From the NCBI GenBank assembly GCA_000004985.1, contig GG738865.1: DNA of 64,000 nucleotides. The stretch is one strand, 5' to 3'. The position numbers were made by a program, and so were the translations under genes. Numbering within the stretch: position 1 is the first letter of the stretch; each line of letters opens with the position of its first letter. The stretch comes from Naegleria gruberi. Its lineage: Eukaryota. Shown in pieces: positions 1 to 11,096 of this stretch. The notes beneath the pieces were generated by a model. That model was not told where the DNA came from and searched no databases. It saw nothing but the letters and a program-made list of their open reading frames with translations.

Positions 1-1
1 A

Positions 2-1729
2 GTTTCAATTGAAGATTTTTCACAAGTTCTCGATGAAGCAAGAGGAAATATTTGCCCACTACTGTCAGGAAGAGGATTTTACATGCCACTAGAGGATGAG
101 GATAATTTTGATTTTGAGGTATACAGTGGTACTGTACCAGAGGTAGTAAGTAGAATAATTGAATACTTTATTTTAACACATGAAAGACTCTGGTAGAGCC
201 ATTCGAGAATGTGTCACAATTGGCAGATATTATTGGAAGTGGCGTAAAGAAACCATTCATTGCTAGAATTTGGAAAAAGTCAAAGATAAGATACTTTGGA
301 AAAACAAATGAGGAGAAACAATATCCAATGTTCTACGTATTATTAATTACAGACAAATCGACACCAAAAGGTGTACCAGTCACCATTTGGAATGAATTAG
401 CATTGAAAACTTATGGAGATTTAAGTGTTGGCGATATTATTTCAGCAGAGGAATATAGAGTGAAAAATTTCCACGATTCTGGAGTTTTCTCAACCAAATT
501 CAAAACTGAAATTTCTATCAACCCAACAAAATCACGAGTAATTCCAATTCAAAAGTTGGACGATAGAATTGCTAGCTTTGCTCCAATAGAATTTCCACTC
601 ACAAATATTAACACTATTATTCAATCTAAACTCGATGGAACAGTACTGAATATCATGGGCATTGTAGCAAATATTGGCCCTTACAGAAGAGAAAAGAGCC
701 AACATCAATTCTCTCAGTATAGATATGTCACATTAATGGATCCTTCTAGCATTTCTGCGATGTCTGTAAAATTATATACTAATTCAAGAAAGCACATTTT
801 GGATACTGTTCAAATTGGTCAAGTTGTGCTTTTGACTGATGTTTCTGCACATACATTCCTAACCTGTATGGACAAGGCTCAAACTACAACTAGTAATTTA
901 GAAAGCTCATTCATTACTCATGTATTTACAGAATCGCAATTATCTACTCTAAATTTTGCCTCTAATATCAAGGAAATTACTGGATACTTTGAGGATTTGA
1001 ATGAATGGAGAGAAAATAATAAGGACTTTTTCAATACTTGCCTTTCTGTGCCAACAACATTTGGACCTTCGAGGCAATATCCTATTCCAGACTTTCAAGA
1101 TTTTGAATCATTCAAAGCAAGATATGTCAACATTCCTTGGATTTATTACAAGGAATTATTTGAGATTCCTACTACTCTTCAACGTTTTCAAAGTACTAAT
1201 GTAATTGTCAAGGCAGTGGTGAAGGACATAACCATTGAAAATAACCTTAAAAGAAAGAGATCTCAAGAGGATGAGAGTAAGATGAAAAAGTCCAGCGATG
1301 CCAGCTCGACCAGAAGTGAAGAAAATTCCTATGAAGACGAAATTGACACTGCCTATACAATTTTAAGCCTAGAAACAGAGGTAAGTTTCAATTCAATACA
1401 ATACAAATTGGAATATGATATTAATTTAACAACCTGCAAAGGGAGTAAATGGAGATAGAAGACTGGAAATGTTAGTACCAATTTGGAATAATGAATTTTC
1501 GCATCCTGACTGTTATAATCCAACTTTTTTGGATGTAATAGATGAGCATTGCGAACAACTTTTCAAATTAAAAAGTCAAACCCATTACTTTAAGAATATG
1601 AATAGATTAATAGAGTATTATAAAAAAGAGATTGTGGACCAGACATACATTTTTGGAGTGGAAGTTCTTTGCAAAGAATATTCTGAATGCAAATATTATG
1701 TTACTCACATGTTTAAGGATGAGCCATAG
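2..1729 (+). CDS. Hypothetical protein; 5' end lies outside the window. Inferred exons 2..142(or 145), 187..1380, 1442..1729.
   Basis: Exon 1 (positions 2-142) translates as VSIEDFSQVLDEARGN...FEVYSGTVPE and ends at GTAGTAAGT. An acceptor AG at 185-186 restores the frame of ORF 211..1458. A GTAAGT donor at 1381 and AG at 1440-1441 join it in frame to ORF 1469..1729 (junction ...LETE|GVNGDRRLEMLVPIWNNEF...). No family recognised. Confidence 0.45.
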
Positions 1730-1770
1730 TTTTATTAGCAAGACTGAGATTACTGGATTAAGAAAACAGT

Positions 1771-2811
1771 TCAGTTTTTATTGCTCATAATGGCCTCCCT
1801 GATTTTTTGCACCTTGGTACTGAACTTGATGGCTTTTGGTTCCTCTTTTGTATTATCTGAATCAAGAGGAAAGCGAATAAAGCTTGAACCGTAAACGAAT
1901 GTATCATCTGCGACTTCCTTCTTGCTGTCTGTATTAACTTGTCTTAGTTTTTTCAAATATTTCAATTCTAGACAAGAGTGAAGCATGATAGTATCTATCT
2001 GCATTTCACTATCTTCCAAAAAATTGGAAGAACTCACAACAGTTGGGGCAGTGAATTGATTTTCTCCAACCTTGAACAGAGAAGGTAATGTCTTTTCAAA
2101 AGTATCTGTTTGAACATCTTCCGGCTCAATAGAGAATTCTGGTTGAATTGTTTGATTTACCATCACTGGCTCATTCCAATAAAATTTAGTTCTAGTCTTC
2201 TTTGTTTTCTTGTTATGATAAATATCATTGTACTTGTTAACTAGAGCACTAATTTCCTTTTCAACATTTTCCAAATCCAAGAATCCATTTTGCTTTTCCT
2301 CATCACCTTCCACTCCTGAATAGAGTGAAGACCATTTCATTTGTTGATTCTTCCTCTCATAATATTCAACCTTCTTTAACTTTTCAATCAAAGTCTCCTT
2401 CCTTCGAATTCTTTCATTCTCCTCTCTTTCCGCTAGTACTCTCTTTTTATATTCTGTTTTAAATAACTTGATAGCTTGTTTTCTATAATTATTATTATCA
2501 TCATTTCCATCATGATGAATATTTGCAATAATTTCAAAGGCTGGACAATTTTCTTGTTTTTTCCTCTCGTAAATGATTTTTTCTCTATAAAGATTCTCCA
2601 ATCTCTTGGCCAATATTTCAATCCGTTCCATACTTGATGTATTATTCCCTCCATCATTAATTTTCTTCTCCAACTCTAAAGGCTCTCCGATAGTTTTAAT
2701 AATCTTTCCACAATGTTTCCTGATTCTCCTTTGAAATTCGTTAATAAATTGCAATCGTAGATCGATAGCATCATCTTGTACTGTTACATAGTGAGGCATG
2801 AAGAATTTCAA
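1771..2811 (-). CDS. Hypothetical K/E-rich coiled-coil protein (346 aa).
   Basis: Continuous 346-aa ORF with ATG start. Charged heptad-like composition (ERIRRKETLIEKLKKVEYYERK). No recognisable catalytic motif. Confidence 0.45.
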   Translation of the reverse strand: MKFFMPHYVTVQDDAIDLRLQFINEFQRRIRKHCGKIIKTIGEPLELEKKINDGGNNTSSMERIEILAKRLENLYREKIIYERKKQENCPAFEIIANIHHDGNDDNNNYRKQAIKLFKTEYKKRVLAEREENERIRRKETLIEKLKKVEYYERKNQQMKWSSLYSGVEGDEEKQNGFLDLENVEKEISALVNKYNDIYHNKKTKKTRTKFYWNEPVMVNQTIQPEFSIEPEDVQTDTFEKTLPSLFKVGENQFTAPTVVSSSNFLEDSEMQIDTIMLHSCLELKYLKKLRQVNTDSKKEVADDTFVYGSSFIRFPLDSDNTKEEPKAIKFSTKVQKIREAIMSNKN

Positions 2812-3012
2812 TCAGCTTATTTTTTTTAAGGATTTTTATTTTATTAAAATTATTAAATTGTTATTTAATATTTCTTCATCATATTGTCATGACAATAAAG
2901 TCCATAATTGGGTTATTTTTCATGTTCTATTTATGGAAGTGATTTTGATAAATAAATTACTATTTAAATATTGATCTGTTATGTTTATATAATTAAGAAA
3001 TTATAAAAAGAA

Positions 3013-3495
3013 ATGAAATTCATTCCGCTTGAAAGAAATCAATTTACCAATCTCTTGCTCAATCAACAGAGAATTCAAGACGTTTCGAATAATTCCAACT
3101 GTCAATGCAGAGCTCGTGATCAACAGCCAACTAATTGTGAATGTTCTCAAATCAATGTTGGAATATTATTGCATCCTTCAAGTCAAACTTCAATTCATGA
3201 CTTTACAATTGAATCGTTTCTCAATCAGTTTAGTTTAAACCTCTTGTCGAAACTACCACATGGACAATCGATTAATATTATTGGAATTGCAATTGTCATG
3301 CCAAAGACTGAACTCAAACAAGAAGGAGAAAATGATTTCATCAGAGAATTTTGGAAATTTTCACCTCCTTATTCAAAACCTAACCATTATTCGAAACGAG
3401 TTTTAATTTCACTTCCTGGTGATGGCAATTCCCTGTGGTTTCATCTTTCTCCCTTCCTTTCCTTCAATTCCACTTCACTTCCTTCAAAACTATAA
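3013..3495 (+). CDS. Hypothetical protein (160 aa), weak call.
   Basis: ORF with A-rich ATG context (AAAAAGAAATG). Cys/Gln-rich N-terminus. No homology recognised. Could be non-coding. Confidence 0.3.
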   Translation: MKFIPLERNQFTNLLLNQQRIQDVSNNSNCQCRARDQQPTNCECSQINVGILLHPSSQTSIHDFTIESFLNQFSLNLLSKLPHGQSINIIGIAIVMPKTELKQEGENDFIREFWKFSPPYSKPNHYSKRVLISLPGDGNSLWFHLSPFLSFNSTSLPSKL

Positions 3496-3812
3496 ATGTT
3501 AATTTTCATCATCTTTTCATATTCCACTTTCTTCTACTTTCCACCAGTTTAAATTGTACAAATAAGTTAACTAGATCATTTATTGAGTTGTAATTAAATA
3601 GGCGCCGTAAATTCCAGTAAATTTTTCAAAATCTAAAAAAAATTAAAAAAAAATAGAAATTTCATTATCCTTGTTCAGCAGCGTCATCTTTGTATGTTCA
3701 AGAGTCGCAATCACAAATAGATTTTTCAAAGTTCAGCCAATAACAAGGAAAAACAAAATACAACACAACAACAATAACAAATACAACAATAACAAATACA
3801 ACAATAACAACA

Positions 3813-5122
3813 ATGAATAGTCGGGGGATAAAATCGAGCGGACTAGTAGGGAATGGTTCTACTTCTGCTCTTGTATTATTAATTATCAATGTGATGATGC
3901 TGATAGTAGCGATGAATAATTTCCTAATAATGACGGAAGCAAAATTTGAATTGATTGGACATAGAGGAGCTCCAAATTTGAGACCTGAACATACGTATGA
4001 ATCCTATTTATTGGCTTTTCAACAAGATGCTGATTATATTGAATTTGATGTAATGCCATCTAAAGATGGAGTCCTTATGGTGACTCATAGTTTTGAATTA
4101 ACTGGTAGGTACCTGATTGAAAATCTTTGAGTGTGCTAACTGTTTCTTCTATAGAAATTAGTAATGTTGCCTCTGTGAGCAAATTTTCGGATAGAAAGAA
4201 AACTAAAGTTGTCGATAAGAAATCATATTCTGGATGGTTTATTGAGGATTTTACTGCTTCTGAATTACAGGAATTGAGATTGAGAGAAAGATATCCACAA
4301 GCTAGAACTACCAAGTTTGATGACATCTTTGTCATGCCAACTCTTGAAACAGCACTTGACTATATAATTGCTATTACTCCAAATAATTCTTCTAAAATCA
4401 AGCTCTATATCGAAACAAAGCATCCAACATATTTTGCATCTGCTTTGAATGTCGATGTTAACCAATTGCTTGTTAATGTTTTGGAGAAGTACCATTATCT
4501 TGAATATACCATGTTCCAATCATTTGAAATTTCAAGTATGACTAGTATTCGTACAATTTTGTCCAACAAGAATATTCAACCATTGGGATATGTGATGCTT
4601 TTAGTGGCTAATGGTTCTCAAATTGATAATGGAAGAAATTTTGATGAGTACCTGACTGAGGAAGGTATTGATACAGCAAAGAGTGCTGGTATCACTGGTT
4701 TCGGACCAGCTTGGAAGATGGTTACTAAACCATGGGTTGAATCAGTTCACAAGAGAAATTTAATCATTCACCCATATACTTACAGACCTGAGGAATACTT
4801 TTTGAAACAAACCCCATATACCACCTTCTCTGATTTTATTAAGAGTGCTTTGGAACTTGGTGTTGATGGAGTTTTCACTGAGGACATTGATCAAACCAGA
4901 GCCATTGTTCTTGCCTATGAATCCAATTCAGTTGTGACTGTCTTGCTAATCGTTGCCTTTGTATTCGTTGGAGTTTTATTCATTGTCATTGCTGCCTCTG
5001 TTTTATCAGCTTACCTTTGCAAGAGAAAGACCAATCCATCATCATCAGCCACCCAAAACAGAGAAGAACGTGCAGGTCTTGCCCAACAATCCAATTCCTA
5101 TTCATATAATCAAGATGAATAA
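3813..5122 (+). CDS. Membrane-anchored glycerophosphodiester phosphodiesterase (GDPD family). Exons 3813..4104 and 4155..5122 (50-nt intron).
   Basis: N-terminal signal/TM region followed by the GDPD catalytic signature HRGAPNLRPEHTYESY...EFDV. Donor GTAGGT at 4105 and acceptor ...TTCTATAG at 4153-4154 restore the frame (phase-1 junction gives ...HSFELT-E-ISNVASV...). C-terminal TM helix VVTVLLIVAFVFVGVLFIVIAASVL. Confidence 0.8.
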
Positions 5123-5169
5123 TTATTACCACTACTTTATAAATCTCACACAATAGATTTATCATCTTT

Positions 5170-5373
5170 TCAATTATAATGGATTCCAAGATTGACCTTT
5201 GATGTTTCAACTTGCTCCTCGAATTGGTTTGGGAACGCCCATTCATAATTAGGCGCCAAAAACATTAAGACCTCAATAAACGCCTCTCCTACTATTTTAC
5301 TTGTTTGAAAAAACAAAACACTCATCATCTTCCATCCTCCGAACACTACCAATATACTCTGTGTTTTGTTCAA
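5170..5373 (-). CDS. Possible small membrane protein (67 aa), weak call.
   Basis: ATG-initiated ORF with one hydrophobic helix (ILVVFGGWKMMSVLFF). No homology recognised. Confidence 0.2.
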   Translation of the reverse strand: MNKTQSILVVFGGWKMMSVLFFQTSKIVGEAFIEVLMFLAPNYEWAFPNQFEEQVETSKVNLGIHYN

Positions 5374-5439
5374 TAACTTGGATTTTCCATTATTATTATT
5401 AATACAAATAATTAAATAATTTAATATAGTAGCTTAATC

Positions 5440-6057
5440 ATGCCAACACCATCACCAAAAACCAAAACTACGGAATATGAACCTCTCATCTATAGAATTG
5501 TTGCCTTCCTTCAGGTAATTCTGAGTTTGTTCTTCAACTTGACCTTAATTTGCTTAATTCCGTTCATGATTGTTGCCAATCACAGAACCAATCAGACCAA
5601 TACAGAACAATTAGTAGTCTTGGGTATATGTTTAATCATTTTAACGCTCATGTCCATGGCAAAGAATGTGGGCACAGCTTTGGCTTCATGGAAAGGAACC
5701 TTCATGGCCATTCAGGAAGGATTACAGAATCACATTACTCAACAAAATCTCAGAACGAAACGATTTGCCATGATTGGCTGTGGATGTGCCATTGCTCACA
5801 TGATACTTGGCCTCATTCTTTCCTATTTAGGAACTGTCTTTATTGTCATGCTTGTGGATAATTTGGATGATAGAGAATTCGATTGGGGAGTTGATAGTTT
5901 GGAATTTGATAATCCTTTTGCTTTTGTTGTGGCCATTGTCCATTTAATTTTCAATATTGCCGCATTTGGAGTATCAGTGTGGAATCTCATTTTGGTAACT
6001 CGTGAAATTGCCCACTATCACAATGTCAAACCAAGTGGTGAAGAAGAATCCCATTAA
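5440..6057 (+). CDS. Hypothetical 4-TM membrane protein (205 aa).
   Basis: ATG start in A-rich context. Four hydrophobic segments. No family recognised. Confidence 0.45.
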   Translation: MPTPSPKTKTTEYEPLIYRIVAFLQVILSLFFNLTLICLIPFMIVANHRTNQTNTEQLVVLGICLIILTLMSMAKNVGTALASWKGTFMAIQEGLQNHITQQNLRTKRFAMIGCGCAIAHMILGLILSYLGTVFIVMLVDNLDDREFDWGVDSLEFDNPFAFVVAIVHLIFNIAAFGVSVWNLILVTREIAHYHNVKPSGEEESH

Positions 6058-6163
6058 ATAATTCTTAATCTCTTTCCTTTCACTTATTTTCTTATAACTT
6101 TATTGTAAACTCAAAGTGCAATTGCATCAAAGCATGCAAAAACGAAATTAAATAAAGAAAAAA

Positions 6164-7201
6164 ATGTTACATGAAGAAATACCACCTGTTACATCATCTC
6201 TGGAAAATCACAACAATTCATCCCGAATGTTATCCATGATGAAAAATTGTAAACTCACTCCCGAATTGATCTGTGAAGAATTTGAAGGTTTATTGCAACC
6301 TGAGAGAATTTTAAATGTCTACGTGTATGGAAGTAGATTGTATGGTAAATCGGCCGATAATGATTATTATACTATCAATCAAGATTCGGATTTTGATATC
6401 ATGCTTGTTTATGATTTTGATAATTTTCAGGCACCACAAAAGTTGACTTTCCTTTCGAATCAGAAGGAGAATAGAAATTCAGAGTTTTTCCAATTGGAAA
6501 TTCCTCTGTGGATGAAGAGAAGAGAGAGTTTAATTGAAAATAGTGTGGAAAATTCGAATAATGCATCAGAAAATCTCAACGAGATTGAGAAATTCACACC
6601 ACACATGGAGAGGCAAACACTTGAGAATGGTGAAATTATTTACAATTTCAAACAGAAACAATTTGGAGTGGATATGTGCATTTATACAAGAGAGCAATTT
6701 TTGAATCAATTGAAGAAACATCAATTTTCTGAATTGTTGGGTTTGTTTTTGGAGAGAAGCGATGAAGATTATCACAGTTTTATATTGAAAAAGACAGTTG
6801 ACTTTTCTGAAGAGTTTGAAAAGAGTGGAGTTGGAATTCAGTTGAGTAAATTGAGAGCTTCGCTTAGTCAATCAGCGTCTATGGTGTGGAAATGTTGTAG
6901 ATCCATGATGGAACACAGATTGGATTTAGATCCTCCAGAAGTAGAAGTATTCAAAGGCAAAAAGACACTTATTCACACTCTCAGAGTTTATCACTATGGA
7001 ATTCAAATTGCCAAGTTTGGAAAGATTGTGGATTGGCATGAATGTGACAAGTATTATGATGCAATATTCAAACATCCAGAAAAGTACAATTCCTTTAGAG
7101 AATTATCTCAACAATTCAACAAGATTAGACTTGCCTTACATGATGAATTTAGAAATCTTTGTCCAAAAGATGAGACACTAGCAGAGAATGATGAGGAATA
7201 A
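6164..7201 (+). CDS. Pol-β-superfamily nucleotidyltransferase-fold protein (345 aa), subfamily unresolved.
   Basis: Motif YGSRLYGKSADNDYYTI matches the hG[GS]x3Gx(n)SDxD nucleotidyltransferase signature (compare Cid1 FGSFKTGLYLPTSDIDLVV). A further acidic hDh site is at GVDMCIY. The C-terminal helical region contains R-x4-H (CCRSMMEHR), reminiscent of HEPN. Confidence 0.5.
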   Translation: MLHEEIPPVTSSLENHNNSSRMLSMMKNCKLTPELICEEFEGLLQPERILNVYVYGSRLYGKSADNDYYTINQDSDFDIMLVYDFDNFQAPQKLTFLSNQKENRNSEFFQLEIPLWMKRRESLIENSVENSNNASENLNEIEKFTPHMERQTLENGEIIYNFKQKQFGVDMCIYTREQFLNQLKKHQFSELLGLFLERSDEDYHSFILKKTVDFSEEFEKSGVGIQLSKLRASLSQSASMVWKCCRSMMEHRLDLDPPEVEVFKGKKTLIHTLRVYHYGIQIAKFGKIVDWHECDKYYDAIFKHPEKYNSFRELSQQFNKIRLALHDEFRNLCPKDETLAENDEE

Positions 7202-7293
7202 ATTTTGTACAAATATATTATTGAGAAATTTAGCTAAAATTCGAGTTGTGAGAACGAATGAAACCTAGGATTGTTAAAGAATACTATTGATCA

Positions 7294-8591
7294 TTATTCT
7301 TCAGCAGTTTCGAGTTTTTGAATCAACTTTTCCAGAGTTTCCTTCTTCTTTGTGATTGCTTTTACAATGGCAGTTGTGTCATTTGGATCCAAAGCATCAG
7401 CAAGTTTCTTTTCCAATTCTTCAATTTCATTTGATTCTCTGTCCGCTATTGATTCAATTTCTTCCATACTGGCACGATTAATATCGTCATCTGTGAGGAA
7501 ACTTGTTGAAGCAAGATGTTTGCGAAGTTCTTCAGAAATTTGTTGAACTGGTTCAACAACTGCTGCAATTGGTTGAACAGCAGGTACTGATGATTCAACA
7601 ACACTTGTAGCTGTTGGTTGAGTAGTGATAGGAGTAGGTTCTGGTTGCTTCTTTGATTTTCTCTGTTGTTGAGATTGTTATTAAATCATGAAAATGGGAA
7701 TTTGATACTTACACCTCTCTTCTTCTTGGCAGGAGTACCATTTTGTGATTGTGAACTAGTGGCAACAGTGCTAGTAGTTGTGGATTTACTTGGAGTATTT
7801 GGTGGAGTTTCAATAATTACCGAATCAGATGAAACAGTTGTTGCTTTAGGTGAGTGAGCAATAGAATCAGCAACCATTGTGGATGATGACCTCTTCTTTC
7901 CTCGTCCTCTTCCTCTTCCAGAACTGCCTCTCTTTGATTCTTTAGTTTGTTGAGTTGAAATATGTTCCACATTTGATGATGATGAGTGTACTGCATGTTT
8001 AACACGATGATGTACATAATTATCATTTTCACTTTCAGTTTCACTTGCAAGAGAAAAGTCAAATTGATTATTTTTATCCTCAATTTCTCTTTCAATTCTA
8101 TTGAAAAAGATGATGTTAACAAAAAGTCTAATCAGATAAAAAGACATACATATTATAAACTCCAGATTGTGCAACTTGTTGAATTTTAACATCCACTTCA
8201 GAACGAAGTAATTCTGTTGAATGTCTACTCGTGGAAATGTGTAACATTTGTTGAAGTTGGGTAAGAACTTTTAACTTTTCCCAAGTAATTTCACCTTGTG
8301 CACGGAATGCACTAACCACACTACTGTATGCAGTTGTTTCTATTCAATAATGCACGTAAATATCATCCATACTTGTATCCAATAATACCTACCATATTGT
8401 CTTAAACGTTTAACGAGTTGTTTTTCAGATGACGTTATCAGAGAATCCGTATCAATCATCATGTTATCACTTCCATTTGTTGATTGTTGTTGGCTTAGAT
8501 TTGTTGTGTGATCGGTGACCAAATTATTCGATGCTGATGACGATGAAGCAGTGTTATTCACGCCCGACAACGCTTCTTGTTGTTGGCTCAT
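7294..8591 (-). CDS. Hypothetical Gln/Ser/Thr-rich protein (383 aa). Four exons: complement(7294..7662, 7713..8097, 8150..8339, 8393..8591).
   Basis: Three minus-strand ORFs (8340..8600, 8128..8319, 7686..8192) plus an unlisted C-terminal exon are joined by introns of 53 nt (GTAGGT..TAG), 52 nt (GTATGT..TAG) and 50 nt (GTAAGT..CAG). All phases are consistent. The product ends ...KKLADALDPNDTTAIVKAITKKKETLEKLIQKLETAEE. ORF 7352..7546(+) is its antisense shadow. Confidence 0.55.
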
Positions 8592-8762
8592 TTTTTTCAA
8601 TAATTTATTTTTAAAAATTTAAAATTGAAAAAGTTTTCTTTTTTGTAACCGTTACGTGCACTCCCAAACTCAAATACTTATTCAAATTATTCAAAGAAAC
8701 ACTGTAAATATCTATAGAGAGATGAGCAAAATTGTTATTGTTATTATTTGTTGTTAAGTTTT

Positions 8763-10556
8763 TTACATTCTAAAGACACCGAATTGAGTTGGACTTTCAA
8801 TCTTTCCATTTTCACAAGCACTCAAACTCAAACCAAGAATTCTTCTTGTGTCACGTGGATCAATGACACCATCATCCCACAATCTGGCAGATGAGAAGTA
8901 TGGGTGACCTTCATGTTCATACTTGGCTCTAATACCATTCTTGAATTCTTCCATTTCTTGTTCTGGAACTTCCTTACCTAATCTCTTCATACCTTCAACC
9001 TTAACTTGGGAAAGGACGCCAGCAGCTTGTTCACCACCCATGACAGAGATTCTAGAATTTGGCCACATGTACAAGAATCTTGGATTGTAAGCTCTACCAC
9101 ACATACCATAGTTACCAGCACCGAAACTACCACCGAGGAGGACAGTAATCTTTGGAACCTTAGCACAAGCAACAGCCATGACCATCTTGGCACCATCCTT
9201 AGCAATACCATTGGTTTCGTATTGTTTACCAACCATGAAACCAGTAATATTTTGAAGGAACAAGAGTGGAATACCTCTTTGAGAACACAATTCAACAAAG
9301 TGAGCTCCCTTTTGAGCAGATGATGAGAACAAGATACCATTGTTAGCAATAATACCAACTGGCTTACCATAAATCTTGGCAAAACCTGTCACCAATGTAG
9401 TTCCGTATAATTGTTTGAATTCATCAAATCTACTTCCATCGACAATACGAGCAATAATATCTCTGACATCGAATGGTTTTCTACCATCACGTGGAATGAT
9501 ACCTAAAATTTCATCTGGATTATATTTTGGTTCTTCAAAAGATGTTGGAACTTCATTTCTATTACTATTATTCTTTCCCAAAAAGTCAGTCTTTTTCATA
9601 TTGAGATTTGAAATAATTCTTCTTGTCAAATAAATAGCTTCAGTTTCATCATTGGCATAGTAATCAGTGACACCACTTTGTCTACAGTGAACATCAGCAC
9701 CACCCAATTCTTCATCAGTAACTTCTTCACCAGTAGCAGCCTTAACTAATGGTGGACCACCCAAATAAATAGTACCATTACCCTTTACAATAATACTTTC
9801 ATCAGCCATTGCAGGAACATAGGCACCACCTGCAGTACATTTACCCATAACTACAGCAATTTGTGGAATACCTTGAGCACTCATATTGGCTTGATTGTAG
9901 AAAATTCTACCAAAGTGAAGTTTGTCAGGGAAAACATCAGCTTGATGTTCCAAGTTGGCACCACCACTGTCAGCAATGTAAATACATGGCAAGTTATTTT
10001 GTTCAGCAATTTCTTGGGCTCTCAAATGTTTCTTTACAGTGATTGGATAATATGTACCTCCTTTAACAGTTGCATCGTTAGCAACAATTACACACAATTG
10101 ATCGTGAATTTTACCAATACCTGTAATAATACCACCAGCAGGTACTTCATCCTTTCCGTACAATTCATAACCAGCCAATTGACTGAATTCGAGGAAAGGA
10201 GATCCATCATCCAACATTCTATTAATACGATCTCTAACCAAGAGCTTGTTTCTTGAAGTGTGCATCTTTCTATACTTTTCTCCACCTCCCAACTTGATCT
10301 TTTCAACCAAATTCTTCAAATCATTAACTCCTTGAATATTGTGAGTATAATTTGCCTTGTATTCGGCATCATGATGAATATTATTTTCAAGAATATTATG
10401 AGTATTTTCAGCACTTGTAATACTATGATAAAATCTATTATTATTTGATGAAGATCCAGCAGCTAATTGTTTGGCCAAAGAACCACCAACCAAACCAGAA
10501 CGTTGTTGTTGGTTGAGAAGAATGCTAGAAATTTTCTTGGTTGAATTTTTAAGCAT
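8763..10556 (-). CDS. MCCC2: Methylcrotonoyl-CoA carboxylase beta subunit (carboxyltransferase), mitochondrial.
   Basis: 597-aa single-exon ORF. Conserved MCCC2 blocks are present from memory of the human sequence: [60 protein letters not shown] and [23 protein letters not shown]...[15 protein letters not shown]-terminal S/N-rich presequence. Confidence 0.85.
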   Translation of the reverse strand: MLKNSTKKISSILLNQQQRSGLVGGSLAKQLAAGSSSNNNRFYHSITSAENTHNILENNIHHDAEYKANYTHNIQGVNDLKNLVEKIKLGGGEKYRKMHTSRNKLLVRDRINRMLDDGSPFLEFSQLAGYELYGKDEVPAGGIITGIGKIHDQLCVIVANDATVKGGTYYPITVKKHLRAQEIAEQNNLPCIYIADSGGANLEHQADVFPDKLHFGRIFYNQANMSAQGIPQIAVVMGKCTAGGAYVPAMADESIIVKGNGTIYLGGPPLVKAATGEEVTDEELGGADVHCRQSGVTDYYANDETEAIYLTRRIISNLNMKKTDFLGKNNSNRNEVPTSFEEPKYNPDEILGIIPRDGRKPFDVRDIIARIVDGSRFDEFKQLYGTTLVTGFAKIYGKPVGIIANNGILFSSSAQKGAHFVELCSQRGIPLLFLQNITGFMVGKQYETNGIAKDGAKMVMAVACAKVPKITVLLGGSFGAGNYGMCGRAYNPRFLYMWPNSRISVMGGEQAAGVLSQVKVEGMKRLGKEVPEQEMEEFKNGIRAKYEHEGHPYFSSARLWDDGVIDPRDTRRILGLSLSACENGKIESPTQFGVFRM

Positions 10557-11096
10557 TTTTTTGTTTGTGTTTTTTATTGCAAACTCTGGCTCATATCTTC
10601 ATTGCGCTCCATACTCTTTAGCAAATCATCTACACAAGCATTTGCTTACTTGAGCATAGAATGCAAGCACATACGGACTTCCAAACTTTTCCTTGGTCCA
10701 TTGTTTTTTGAAAAAGTCAGTCCATTGGTCACGGATTGAAATATTGAATGTTGTTGTGTTTGTTACAAGGGAAAAATTCATTTTGATTGAATGGAAAGTT
10801 TTGAGATGGATGGAATTGTGACAATCTTGATGAAAACAAGTGATAATTATCGACTAATAACAACATTGAAAGTTTAACCAATGATGACCAATACATTTAT
10901 GATCATAGATCAACTTGAATGAAACACTTTCCACTATTTTGATTTGATTCAAATCTTCTCAATCTCCTAATCACCGAAACCGCACACACAATAAGAGCAG
11001 AAAAAACAATAGAACAACAACAGTATCCAGAAGAACCCCACAACTCTTCTTGTTTTAATCGAGTGCTCGGAAATCAATAGAGGACAAGTAACAACA

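Noticed and set aside
7352-7546. 64-aa plus-strand ORF (MIAFTMAVVSFG...)
   Set aside because: It lies antisense inside the last exon of the minus-strand Q/S/T-rich gene (7294..7662), which has a coherent spliced model. Artefact of AT-rich, low-stop sequence.
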